A stretch of 32,000 nt of DNA from Delftia acidovorans NBRC 14950 (GCF_001598795.1 NZ_BCZP01000002.1:373238-405237), one strand, 5' to 3'. Shown: positions 23,935 to 32,000, numbered from the stretch's first letter. Notes: generated by a model not told the origin, from the letters alone. Program-made: numbers and translations.

Positions 23935-24021
23935 ATGACTGCCTCTACCCCTGTCCCATGGCTGCAGCGGCCTTGCGCCGCTGCATCGTCCAACTGCCCG
24001 TTGCGGGAGCTGCGGCCATGA
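23935..24021 (+). CDS. Possible 28-codon upstream ORF (MTASTPVPWLQRPCAAASSNCPLRELRP) whose stop overlaps the MFS start (ATGA)
   Basis: ATG 23935 lies 7 nt after GGAG in CAAGGAGACCCACG, the same SD context used by vanA, the second oxygenase and the bactofilin. TGA 24019-24021 overlaps ATG 24018-24020. Confidence 0.35.
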   Translation: MTASTPVPWLQRPCAAASSNCPLRELRP

Positions 24022-25370
24022 GCGCCGACCTGCGTGCAAGCGTCGACCAGCGGCCCATGACGCGCTTCCAGTGGTCGGTCATAGCCCTGTGCATGGTGCT
24101 CAACATGATCGACGGCTTCGACGTCCTGGTCATGGCCTTCACGGCCTCTGCCGTGTCGGCGCACTGGCAGCTCAGCGGAGCCCAGCTGGGCTTTCTGCTC
24201 AGTGCAGGCCTGTTCGGCATGGCGGGCGGATCGCTGCTGATCGCGCCCTGGGCCGACCGGCTGGGCCGCCGGCCGCTGATCCTGGCCTGCCTGGCCCTCT
24301 CGGGCGTGGGCATGCTGGGCTCGGCCTTCAGCCACAGCGCCATCCAGCTTGCCGCGCTGCGCGTGCTCACGGGCCTGGGCGTGGGCGGCATCCTGGCCTG
24401 CAGCAACGTGATCGCCAGCGAGTACGCCTCGCAGCGCTGGCGCAGCCTGGCCGTCACCCTGCAGTCCACGGGCTACGCGCTGGGCGCCAGCATTGGCGGC
24501 TCCATCGCGGTGTGGCTGCTGGGGCGTCATGACTGGCGTGCGGTCTTCCTGTTCGGCGGCTGCGTGACGCTGGGCGTGCTGATCCTGGCCTGGTGGCGAC
24601 TGCCCGAATCCATGGATTTCCTGCTGGCGCGGCGCCCGGCCGGCGCGCTGCAGCGGCTCAACGCCCTGGTCGGCCGGCTGGGCCTGCCCACGCTGGTGGC
24701 GCTGCCGCCTGCCGCGCCCGCATCGGCGGGGCCGGTGCGGCAGGGCCCGCTGCAGCTGTTTGCGCCGGGCCTGCGCCGGCCCACGCTGCTGGTCTGGCTG
24801 TCGTTCTTCGCGGTGATGTTCGGCTTTTACTTCGTCATGAGCTGGACGCCCAAGCTGCTCGCCGCCTCGGGCCTCACGCCCGAGCAGGGCGTGACCGGCG
24901 GCGTGCTGCTGAGCCTGGGCGGCATCCTGGGCGCCACTTTGCTGGGCCTGCTGGCGGCGCGCTATCCCGTGCACCGCGCACTGGCCGGCTTCATGCTGGC
25001 CACGGCCGTGTTGCTGTGCTTCATCGTGAGCAATCCGGGCTCGCTGCTGCTGTCGTACGCGCTGGCCTTCCTGATCGGCGTCTTCGTCAACGGCTGCGTG
25101 GCGGGGCTCTATGCCATCGCGCCCATGGTCTATGGCGGCGAGGTGCGTGTGACCGGCGTGGGCTGGGGCATAGGCATAGGGCGCATCGGCGCCATCGTCT
25201 CGCCCATGGTCGCGGGCTCGCTGCTCGACGCCTCCTGGTCGGCCAGCCAGCTGTACGTGGGTTATGGCGCGGCCTTCGTGTTCGCGGCCTGCATCGTGTC
25301 GCTGCACCGGCTGCAAGGGCCCGAAGCCGGCAGGCCCGCAGCCACGGGCCGCACGCTGTCGGCGCATTGA
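24018..25370 (+). CDS. MFS transporter, aromatic acid:H+ symporter (PcaK/VanK-like) type
   Basis: Motif A-like ADRLGRRP and 12 predicted TM segments. The N-terminus MSADLRASVDQRPMTRFQW parallels the PcaK-type N-terminus. An alternative in-frame ATG at 23958 lacks an SD. Confidence 0.9.
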   Translation: MSADLRASVDQRPMTRFQWSVIALCMVLNMIDGFDVLVMAFTASAVSAHWQLSGAQLGFLLSAGLFGMAGGSLLIAPWADRLGRRPLILACLALSGVGMLGSAFSHSAIQLAALRVLTGLGVGGILACSNVIASEYASQRWRSLAVTLQSTGYALGASIGGSIAVWLLGRHDWRAVFLFGGCVTLGVLILAWWRLPESMDFLLARRPAGALQRLNALVGRLGLPTLVALPPAAPASAGPVRQGPLQLFAPGLRRPTLLVWLSFFAVMFGFYFVMSWTPKLLAASGLTPEQGVTGGVLLSLGGILGATLLGLLAARYPVHRALAGFMLATAVLLCFIVSNPGSLLLSYALAFLIGVFVNGCVAGLYAIAPMVYGGEVRVTGVGWGIGIGRIGAIVSPMVAGSLLDASWSASQLYVGYGAAFVFAACIVSLHRLQGPEAGRPAATGRTLSAH

Positions 25371-25400
25371 GCGCGACTTGCAGACAAGAAGGAGAACCCC

Positions 25401-26477
25401 ATGACCGAATGCACCACCATTGCACCCGCCTCCACGCCCGCCTTCCCGCTGGACCAGTGGTATGTCGCCGGCTTTGCCTGGGAGCTGCAGGACGCGCCAC
25501 TGGCGCGCACCCTGCTGGGCCGGCCCGTCGTGCTGTTCCGCACGCCCGATGGCAGCGTGGCCGCACTGGAAGACCGCTGCTGCCACCGCGAGCTGCCGCT
25601 GTCCTGCGGCACGGTGGAGGCGCGCGGCCTGCGCTGCGGCTACCACGGCCTGCTGTTCGACCGCGCCGGGCAGTGCCTGGAGATTCCGGGGCAGCAGCGC
25701 ATACCGCCCAAGGCCTGCGTCAAGTCCTTCGACCTGCGCGAGCGTGACCAGATCCTCTGGATCTGGATGGGCGCCACGCCCGATTCCGTGCCCGCGCAGG
25801 AGCCGCCCGCCTATCCCGTGCACGGCGATGCGCGCTACCGCTTCGGCGGCGATGTCTACCACTACGACGCGCCCTACCAGCTCATCCACGACAACCTGCT
25901 GGACCTCAGCCACCTGGGCTATGTGCACCTCAAGACCATCGGCGGCAATGCCGGCGTCCACATGAATGCCGAGCTCAAGGTCCGCCAGGAGGGCGACAGC
26001 GTCACCGTGCTGCGCTGGATGCCCGACTCCGACCCGCCGCCCACCTATGCGGCGGCCTGGCCGTTCGCGGGCCGCATCGACCGCTGGCAGGAGGTGGAGT
26101 TCCACCCCTCGCATGTGCGCATCTGGACCGGCGCCATGGACGCAGGCAGCGGGCAGCTGGACGACCCGCAGCGCGAAGGCTTTCACATGCGGGGCTTTCA
26201 CGGCGTGACGCCGGAGACCGAGCATTCGGCCCACTACTTCTGGACCATTGCCACCAACCCGCATCCGGATATGCAGGACACCACGCGCCTGGTGATCGAC
26301 CAGACGGCCGCCACCTTCGAGGAGGACAAGGTCGTCATCGAGGCCCAGTTCCGCAACCAGCAGCGCTTTGGCGCGCGCCCCGTCATCGACATCCACGTGG
26401 ACGCCGGCCCCAACCGCGCGCGCCGCGTCATCCACCGGCTGCGCGAGGCCAGCGCCCAGGCGCTGGCGGCGGCCTGA
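25401..26477 (+). CDS. Rieske non-haem iron oxygenase of the VanA/TsaM/IvaA (phthalate-family monooxygenase/demethylase) group
   Basis: Rieske motif CCHRELPLSCGTVEARGLRCGYHG and Fe motif DNLLDLSHLGYVH. The segment CLEIPGQQRIPPKACVKSF recalls TsaM-type enzymes. SD GAAGGAGAACC. Confidence 0.9.
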   Translation: MTECTTIAPASTPAFPLDQWYVAGFAWELQDAPLARTLLGRPVVLFRTPDGSVAALEDRCCHRELPLSCGTVEARGLRCGYHGLLFDRAGQCLEIPGQQRIPPKACVKSFDLRERDQILWIWMGATPDSVPAQEPPAYPVHGDARYRFGGDVYHYDAPYQLIHDNLLDLSHLGYVHLKTIGGNAGVHMNAELKVRQEGDSVTVLRWMPDSDPPPTYAAAWPFAGRIDRWQEVEFHPSHVRIWTGAMDAGSGQLDDPQREGFHMRGFHGVTPETEHSAHYFWTIATNPHPDMQDTTRLVIDQTAATFEEDKVVIEAQFRNQQRFGARPVIDIHVDAGPNRARRVIHRLREASAQALAAA

Positions 26478-26510
26478 TTTTTCCGAACCCCTCCATTCCC
26501 ACGTTTCCCC

Positions 26511-27473
26511 ATGCAAGCCAACCCCATCCTTCAAGTGCGTGTCGCGCGCAAATGCGCCGAGGCGCAGGACATCTGCAGCCTTGAACTCGTGCCGCTGGAC
26601 GGCGAAAGCCTGCCCGCCTTCACGGCCGGCTCGCACATCGACCTGCACCTGCCCGGCGGCCTGGTGCGCCAGTACTCGCTGTGCAACGACCCGCAGGACA
26701 CCGGCCGCTATGTGGTCGGCGTGCTGCGCGAGGCCGCCTCGCGCGGCGGCTCGGCCGCCGTGCACGAACAGGTGCAGGAAGGCCAGCAGATCGCCATTGG
26801 CGCGCCGCGCAACCACTTCGCTCTGCATGCGGGCCAGCCCGCACGGCATCTGCTGCTGGCCGGCGGCATAGGCATCACGCCCGTGCTGGCCATGGCGCGC
26901 CAGCTGGCGCGCGAGGGTGCCGATTTCGAACTGCACTACTGCGCGCGTTCGCGCGAGCGCATGGCCTTCACGGCCCTGCTGCAGTCGGTGCCCTGGGCCG
27001 ACCGCGTGCACCTGCATGTGGATGGCGAGGGCGCGCTCGACATGGCGCAACTGCTCGGCGCCCCGCAGGCGGGCCTGCACCTGTATGTCTGCGGCCCGCG
27101 CGGCTTCATGGACGCGGCCCTGGGCATGGCACGCACGTCGGGCTGGAGCGAGGACAGCCTGCACTACGAATTCTTCGCGGGCGAGGCCGTGCAGCGCGAG
27201 GGCGATGCCGGGTTCGAGATCGAGATCGCCAGCACCGGCCAGGTGGTGCGCGTGGCGCCGGAGCAGACCGTCGTCCAGGCGCTGGCCGGCATCGGCGTGG
27301 AGGTGCAGACCTCGTGCGAGCAGGGCGTGTGCGGCACCTGCCTCACGCGTGTGCTCTCGGGCGAGCCCGAGCACCGCGACATGTACCTGACCGAGGACGA
27401 ACAGGCCGCCTGCGACCAGTTCCTGCCCTGCTGCTCGCGCGCCAAATCCGCCCGGCTGGTGCTGGACCTGTAG
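26511..27473 (+). CDS. VanB/IvaB-type oxygenase reductase (FMN + NAD(P)H + plant-type [2Fe-2S], phthalate dioxygenase reductase family)
   Basis: RQYSLCN (FMN), LLAGGIGITPVLAM (NAD) and C-terminal CEQGVCGTCLTRV cluster motif. It ends ...RLVLDL like VanB. Confidence 0.9.
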   Translation: MQANPILQVRVARKCAEAQDICSLELVPLDGESLPAFTAGSHIDLHLPGGLVRQYSLCNDPQDTGRYVVGVLREAASRGGSAAVHEQVQEGQQIAIGAPRNHFALHAGQPARHLLLAGGIGITPVLAMARQLAREGADFELHYCARSRERMAFTALLQSVPWADRVHLHVDGEGALDMAQLLGAPQAGLHLYVCGPRGFMDAALGMARTSGWSEDSLHYEFFAGEAVQREGDAGFEIEIASTGQVVRVAPEQTVVQALAGIGVEVQTSCEQGVCGTCLTRVLSGEPEHRDMYLTEDEQAACDQFLPCCSRAKSARLVLDL

Positions 27474-27578
27474 GGCGGCACCGCGCAGGGCCCCTGGCGG
27501 GTGGACAATGGGTTTTCCCTTGCCCACAGCCCGTTGAAGCCGCTGATTCCCTGCGGCAGCGGGCGCCGCTCTTTCGCC

Positions 27579-28526
27579 ATGCAACCTGCCCTGCTTGTCC
27601 TGAACTTCAACGCCGAAGGCCATCTGCGCCAGATGGCCCAGGCCTTTCCCTCCTTCGACCTGCTCTACGCGCCCGACGCCAGCCAATGCGAGGCGGCTCT
27701 CGCCGAGCACGGCACGCGCATACAGGCCGTGCTGACCATCGGCTCCATCGGCCTGTCGGCCGCGCAGATGCAGCGCATGCCCGCCCTCAGGCTGGTCTGC
27801 GCGCTGGGCGCGGGCTACGAGAACATCGATGTCGCCCATGCGCAGGCCCACGGCATTGCCGTGGGCAACGGCGCAGGCACCAATGACGACTGCGTGGCCG
27901 ACCACGCCATGGGCCTGCTGATCGCCTCCGTGCGCGGCCTGGTGCGCCTGGACCGCGCCACGCGCGACGGCGTCTGGCGCACTGCCATGCCGCTGCCGCC
28001 CAATGTCTCGCACAAGCGCCTGGGCATCCTGGGCATGGGCGCTATCGGCGCCAAGATCGCCCAGCGCGCGCTGGGCTTCGAGATGGAGATCGGATACCAC
28101 AACCGCAGCCAGCGCAGCGAGCTGCCCCACCGCTACTTCGGCGACCTGCTTTCCCTGGCGCAATGGGCCGATGTGCTGCTGGTCGCCACGCCGGGCGGCC
28201 CGGGCACGCGCCACCTCATCAACACGCAGGTGCTGGATGCGCTGGGCCCGCAGGGCCATCTGGTCAATATCGCGCGCGGCAGCGTGGTCGATACCGTCGC
28301 CCTGGCCGCTGCCGTGCGCGAAGGCCGCCTTGCCGGCGCGGGCCTGGATGTCTACGAAAGCGAACCCGCGCCCCCGGCCGAACTGCTGGACCTGGACGCC
28401 GTGGTGCTCACGCCCCATGTGGGCGGCTGGTCGCCCGAAGCCGTGCAGGCCTCGGTGGACCGCTTCATCGCCAACATGCGCTGCCACCTGGAAGGCCGCC
28501 CGCTGGTCTCGCCGGTCACGGCCTGA
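27579..28526 (+). CDS. D-isomer-specific 2-hydroxyacid dehydrogenase (glyoxylate/hydroxypyruvate reductase-like)
   Basis: NAD motif GILGMGAIGAKIAQRA, plus NIARG and TPHVGG catalytic segments. ATG 27579 was chosen; the track start 27501 is GTG. Confidence 0.9.
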   Translation: MQPALLVLNFNAEGHLRQMAQAFPSFDLLYAPDASQCEAALAEHGTRIQAVLTIGSIGLSAAQMQRMPALRLVCALGAGYENIDVAHAQAHGIAVGNGAGTNDDCVADHAMGLLIASVRGLVRLDRATRDGVWRTAMPLPPNVSHKRLGILGMGAIGAKIAQRALGFEMEIGYHNRSQRSELPHRYFGDLLSLAQWADVLLVATPGGPGTRHLINTQVLDALGPQGHLVNIARGSVVDTVALAAAVREGRLAGAGLDVYESEPAPPAELLDLDAVVLTPHVGGWSPEAVQASVDRFIANMRCHLEGRPLVSPVTA

Positions 28527-28542
28527 AGCTGGATTCAGTCCC

Positions 28543-28959
28543 TTACCTCCCAAGGGCTGCGGCCAGGTGCAGCAGTCCCATGACCAGGCAGATGGCCGAG
28601 GACACATGCCAGAAGCGGTCGCTGTTGTCCGGAAAGCGTGGTTTCAGCCACGGATAGGCCACGGCCCGCGCCACCAGCACCAGGCCGGCCCCGGCCAGCA
28701 CTGGGCGCATGAAGGGCAGGGGACCCAGCAGGCCCGCGCCTGCCAGCGCATACCCCGCCAGCAGCGACAGCACTACGCCGATGGCCGCCGACACCAGCGG
28801 CGGATACCAGTGCCCCGCCTCGGCCATGCGCGCCATGCGCTCGCCGGCACCCATGAGCCGCAGCCCACGTCCCCCCCAGACGATGCAGGCGAAGTGGGCC
28901 AGCGCGGTCGCCGTGTCGAACAGGGCGGCGGCCAGGGCCAGCAGTTGCACGCCCTTCAC
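28543..28959 (-). CDS. Small integral membrane protein (about 4 TM helices), unknown function
   Basis: Hydrophobic segments VQLLALAAALFDTATALAHFA, PPLVSAAIGVVLSLLAGYALAGAG, VLAGAGLVLVARAV and HVSSAICLVMGLLHLAAAL. The probable start is GTG 28959; the track start 29037 is also GTG and adds a non-hydrophobic extension. Confidence 0.55.
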   Translation of the reverse strand: MKGVQLLALAAALFDTATALAHFACIVWGGRGLRLMGAGERMARMAEAGHWYPPLVSAAIGVVLSLLAGYALAGAGLLGPLPFMRPVLAGAGLVLVARAVAYPWLKPRFPDNSDRFWHVSSAICLVMGLLHLAAALGR

Positions 28960-29090
28960 GGCAGGGCTTCCCACGCGCCGGTGTGCTGATGCTTCTTCAT
29001 GGTGTATTCCTTGGGATTTGCTGCAATGGCCGGCCACTGTAGTGCTTAAACTCCGGGCAGAAAACTCGCCTTGTGCTCAGGTTTTGCCGC

Positions 29091-29765
29091 ATGCCCTCCC
29101 ATACCTCCGCTACCACTGAATCCCAGAGAAGAAGACAGCCCGTACAGGCCCGTGCGCAGCGCACGCTGCAGGCCATTGTTCAGGCAGCAGCTCAGATTCT
29201 GGTCAAGGAGGGCGAAGCCGCGCTCACCACCAACCGCATTGCCGAGCGCGCAGGCGTCTCCATCGGCACGCTCTACCAGTACTTCCCCGACAAGCAGGCC
29301 GTCTTCCGCGCCATGGTCGATGGCCAGCGCCGTGCGGCCGTCGCGGCCATCGAGACCTGGCTGGAGCAGGCGTCGGAGCAGGGCCTGCCCCGCGAGGCCG
29401 TGGCGCGCGGCGTGGTCGCCTGCATCGTCGAGGGCTTTGCGGGCCGCACGCCTGCGCGGCGCAAGCTGGCGCGCTTTGCCTGGCGGCAGGATGGTGACGA
29501 GCGCATTGCCCTGTCCATGCGCGAGACCGCCGAGCGCATGGCCGCCCACCTGCAGCGCTGGGGTGGCCCCTCGCTGTCCTATGCGCGCCTTTACGTGGCC
29601 ACGCGGGCCGTGCTGGGCACGGTGCGCTTCGCCTCGCTGGAGGCCTCGCCGCTGATCGCCTCGGGCGCACTGGAGGAGCTGCTGTGCGAGATGGGGACAG
29701 ACATGTTGCTGGGTGGCGCGACGGGTGCGGGAACCGCTGCCTCATCGTTGCCCCCTAGGCAGTAG
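29091..29765 (+). CDS. TetR/AcrR-family transcriptional regulator
   Basis: HTH LTTNRIAERAGVSIGTLYQYFPDKQAV. The first ATG is 29091. Confidence 0.9.
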   Translation: MPSHTSATTESQRRRQPVQARAQRTLQAIVQAAAQILVKEGEAALTTNRIAERAGVSIGTLYQYFPDKQAVFRAMVDGQRRAAVAAIETWLEQASEQGLPREAVARGVVACIVEGFAGRTPARRKLARFAWRQDGDERIALSMRETAERMAAHLQRWGGPSLSYARLYVATRAVLGTVRFASLEASPLIASGALEELLCEMGTDMLLGGATGAGTAASSLPPRQ

Positions 29766-29863
29766 GGGCTGTGCCTGTGCCATTTCGCTGGACCAGCTTC
29801 GCAGCAAGGCATGCCTTGATGGGCCGGCTGAAGTCCTGGTCGCCCTTGCGAAGCAAGATGGCG

Positions 29864-29893
29864 AAAAAAAGGCCCCGCAGAGCGGGGCCTTTT
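29864..29893. terminator. Bidirectional rho-independent terminator between the convergent TetR and dctP genes
   Basis: AAAAAAA-GGCCCCGC, loop AGA, GCGGGGCC-TTTT. Confidence 0.75.
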
Positions 29894-29928
29894 GCTTCTA
29901 CCGGAGTGTGCGATCAACCGATAGCATT

Positions 29929-30972
29929 CTAACGAGTTCGCGCGGCAATGGCTTTCTCCGCCACATCCACCAGGTCGGCGCCGACCTGCTGCTTCCACTT
30001 GTCGTAGACGGGGCGGGTGGCCTTGACGAAGGCTTCGCGCTCGGCAGGCGTGAGCTGGGTCACGGTCACGCCGTTGGCGGCCAGGTCCTTGAGCAGCGGC
30101 TTGTCGGCCTCGATCATGCCCTTGCGCGCGATCACGACCTGCTCCTTGGCGGCGTCCACGGCGGCCTGGCGCACGATGTCCTGGTCTTCCTTGGTCCAGG
30201 TGGCCCAGATGTCCTTGTTGACCACGAAGATCAGCGGATCGTTGATGTAGCCCCACAGCGTCAGATGCTTCTGGCCCACGGACTGCAGCTTGGCGGCCAT
30301 GTAGACCGAGACGGGGTTTTCCTGGCCGTCCACGGCGCCGCTGGCCATGGCGGGCTGGGCATCGGCCCAGCTCATCTGCGTGGGGTTGGCGCCCAGCGCG
30401 GTGAAGGTGTCCAGGAACAGCGGAGAGCCCACGACGCGGATCTTCAGGCCCTTGAGGTCGGCAGGGGTCTTGATGGCGTGCTTGGAGTTGCTGATCTCGC
30501 GGTAGCCGTTCTCGCCCCAGGCCAGCGGCACCACGCCGGCCTTTTCCAGGCGCTGGAACAGGCGCTTGCCGGGCTCGCCATGCGTGAGCGCGTCGGCAGC
30601 GGCGTAGTCGGGCATGAGGAAGGGCAGGGCGAACAGGTTCAGCTCCTTGATCTGGGGCGACCAGTTCAGCGTGGAGCCCACGGCCATGTCGATCACGCCC
30701 TGGCGCAGCGCGCTGAATTCGCGCGTCTGGTCGCCCTGGATCAGGGACACGCCCGGGTAGAGCTTGATGTTGATGCGGCCGTTGGTGCGCTCGCGCACCT
30801 TGTTGGCCCAGATCTCGCCGCCCTTGCCCCAGGGAAAGGCCGTGCCCAGCACCAGCGACATGCGGTACTCGCTCTTGTACTTGGCCGGAGTCTGCGCCAC
30901 TGCGGGAGCGGACGAAAGGGCCAGGGCCGCAGCCGCGGCCAGGCCGCTGGCGAGGAAAGTGCGAAGTTTCAT
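29929..30972 (-). CDS. dctP: TRAP transporter substrate-binding protein (DctP family)
   Basis: Signal peptide MKLRTFLASGLAAAAALALSSAPAVAQ. DctP-type fold signatures are present (..WGENGYREI.., ..GAVDGQENP..). It is the internal start of the long track ORF 29929..31719. Confidence 0.9.
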   Translation of the reverse strand: MKLRTFLASGLAAAAALALSSAPAVAQTPAKYKSEYRMSLVLGTAFPWGKGGEIWANKVRERTNGRINIKLYPGVSLIQGDQTREFSALRQGVIDMAVGSTLNWSPQIKELNLFALPFLMPDYAAADALTHGEPGKRLFQRLEKAGVVPLAWGENGYREISNSKHAIKTPADLKGLKIRVVGSPLFLDTFTALGANPTQMSWADAQPAMASGAVDGQENPVSVYMAAKLQSVGQKHLTLWGYINDPLIFVVNKDIWATWTKEDQDIVRQAAVDAAKEQVVIARKGMIEADKPLLKDLAANGVTVTQLTPAEREAFVKATRPVYDKWKQQVGADLVDVAEKAIAARTR

Positions 30973-31004
30973 TGCGAAGGTCTCCTTGTTGAATTTTTGG
31001 GAAA

Positions 31005-32000
31005 TCAGTAGCCCAGGCGTGCTGGGAGCCAGAGAGCCAGCTGCGGGAAGGCGATCACTGCGATCATCACCAGGAACATGGCCAGCAGCATGGGGCCGAC
31101 CCAGCGCACGGTGGACTCCATGCGCACGCCCGCGATGCGGCAGGACACCATCAGGTTCACGGCCAGCGGCGGCGTGAACTGGCCCAGCGCCACCTTGAGC
31201 GTGAGGATGACGCCGAACCACACCGGGTCCCAGTTGTAGTGCTGCATGATCGGCAGCAGCAGCGGCACGAAGATCAGGAAGATGGAGATGCCGTCCAGGA
31301 ACATGCCCACGGTGATCAGCAGCAGGATCAGCAGCGCCATCACGCCGTACTCGCCCAGGCCCGAGTCCACGATGGCCTTGGCCACCGGATCGATCACGCC
31401 CAGCGTGGACAGCGAGAACGCGAAGATGCCGGCCAGCGATACCACCAGCAGGATCACGGCCGACAGCTCGCCGGCCTCGCGCAGGATGGGGTAGAGGTCG
31501 CGCAGCGTGATGGTGCGGTGGATCACCATGCCCACGAACAGGCCGTAGAACACGGCCACCACGGCGGCCTCGGTGGGGGTGAACCAGCCGGCGCGCATGC
31601 CGCCCAGGATCAGCACCGGAGCGGCCAGGCCCCAGGAGGCCTCGCGCAGGCTGCGCCAGAACGGCGGGCGCGGCATGGACGATTCCAGCGCACCCATCTT
31701 GTGCTTGCGCGACATCCACACGGCAGGAATGATCAGCGCCACGCCGGCCAGGATGCCGGGGATCATTCCGGCCGCAAACAGCGCCGGCACCGAGGCGCCG
31801 GGCACCAGCACCGAGTAGATGATGAAGGCCACGGACGGCGGGATCAGGATGTCGGTGGCCGCAGCCGCGCCCACCACGCTGGCCGAGAAGCTGCCCGGAT
31901 AGCCGGCGCGGCTCATGGCCGCGATCATCACGCCGCCCACGGCGGCGGCATTGGCCGGGCCCGAGCCCGAGATGCCGCCCAGGAACATGGCCACGGCAAT
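31005..32000 (-). CDS. dctM: TRAP transporter large permease (DctM family), C-terminal about 330 aa. The 5' end is outside the window.
   Basis: The frame is open to the window edge. Polytopic, with the DctM-type segment FLGGISGSGPANAAAVGGVMI. It stops 32 nt upstream of the dctP start. Confidence 0.9.
   Translation of the reverse strand: MAVAMFLGGISGSGPANAAAVGGVMIAAMSRAGYPGSFSASVVGAAAATDILIPPSVAFIIYSVLVPGASVPALFAAGMIPGILAGVALIIPAVWMSRKHKMGALESSMPRPPFWRSLREASWGLAAPVLILGGMRAGWFTPTEAAVVAVFYGLFVGMVIHRTITLRDLYPILREAGELSAVILLVVSLAGIFAFSLSTLGVIDPVAKAIVDSGLGEYGVMALLILLLITVGMFLDGISIFLIFVPLLLPIMQHYNWDPVWFGVILTLKVALGQFTPPLAVNLMVSCRIAGVRMESTVRWVGPMLLAMFLVMIAVIAFPQLALWLPARLGY

Noticed and set aside
23865-28607. 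1580-aa ORF on the minus strand spanning the MFS, oxygenase, reductase and dehydrogenase genes
   Set aside because: - It is antisense to four plus-strand genes that carry canonical motifs (Rieske, 2Fe-2S, GxGxxG, MFS motif A).
- Its translation is R/A/G/H/Q-rich low-complexity sequence with no recognisable motif.
- Stop-free antisense frames are expected in DNA with very high third-position GC.

Overview
High-GC (roughly two-thirds G+C) segment that looks like betaproteobacterial chromosome. Gene content and the recurrent AAGGAGAcc Shine-Dalgarno context fit Comamonadaceae, but that cannot be proven from the sequence alone. The ORF track translates GTG/TTG starts as M, so starts were re-derived by hand.

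Layout:
- (i) 1-3220: the tail/tail-fibre end of a prophage or phage-tail-like element. It holds a tape-measure C-terminus, a collagen-like fibre protein, two proteins with carbohydrate-binding-like motifs and a small low-GC ORF.
- (ii) 3221-3912: a junction region. It holds low-GC DNA of unclear coding status, a perfect octanucleotide array (CTGCCGAA x8.75), an orphan high-GC coding segment without a start codon, a clean terminator and a TetR-type operator palindrome.
- (iii) 3913-13866: a TetR-headed fatty-acid beta-oxidation cluster. Members are an acyl-CoA dehydrogenase, a secreted DUF2147 protein, a fused 3-hydroxyacyl-CoA dehydrogenase/enoyl-CoA hydratase, a thiolase, an alpha/beta hydrolase, a TesB-like thioesterase, an enoyl-CoA hydratase and a PaaI-like thioesterase.
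- (iv) 13907-20995: marR-MATE, an orphan bactofilin, yciA, an Atm1-type ABC exporter and an S9 peptidase.
- (v) 21226-28526: an aromatic O-demethylation locus. It reads vanR-vanA, then marR, an MFS transporter, a second VanA/TsaM-family Rieske oxygenase, a VanB-type reductase and a 2-hydroxyacid dehydrogenase.
- (vi) 28543-32000: a small membrane protein, a TetR regulator and a TRAP transporter (dctP, partial dctM).

Most of the window is ordinary, recognisable metabolism. The best candidate for something undescribed is the prophage-chromosome junction (2918-3830): a foreign low-GC cassette plus an octanucleotide repeat placed as a reading-frame switch for an orphan ORF. Secondary curiosities are two SD-equipped upstream mini-ORFs whose stops overlap the start of the downstream membrane-protein genes, a triple TGTATACA operator set, and a helically phased 11-bp TGAT repeat between vanR and vanA. 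The many long antisense ORFs in the track are treated as high-GC artefacts.
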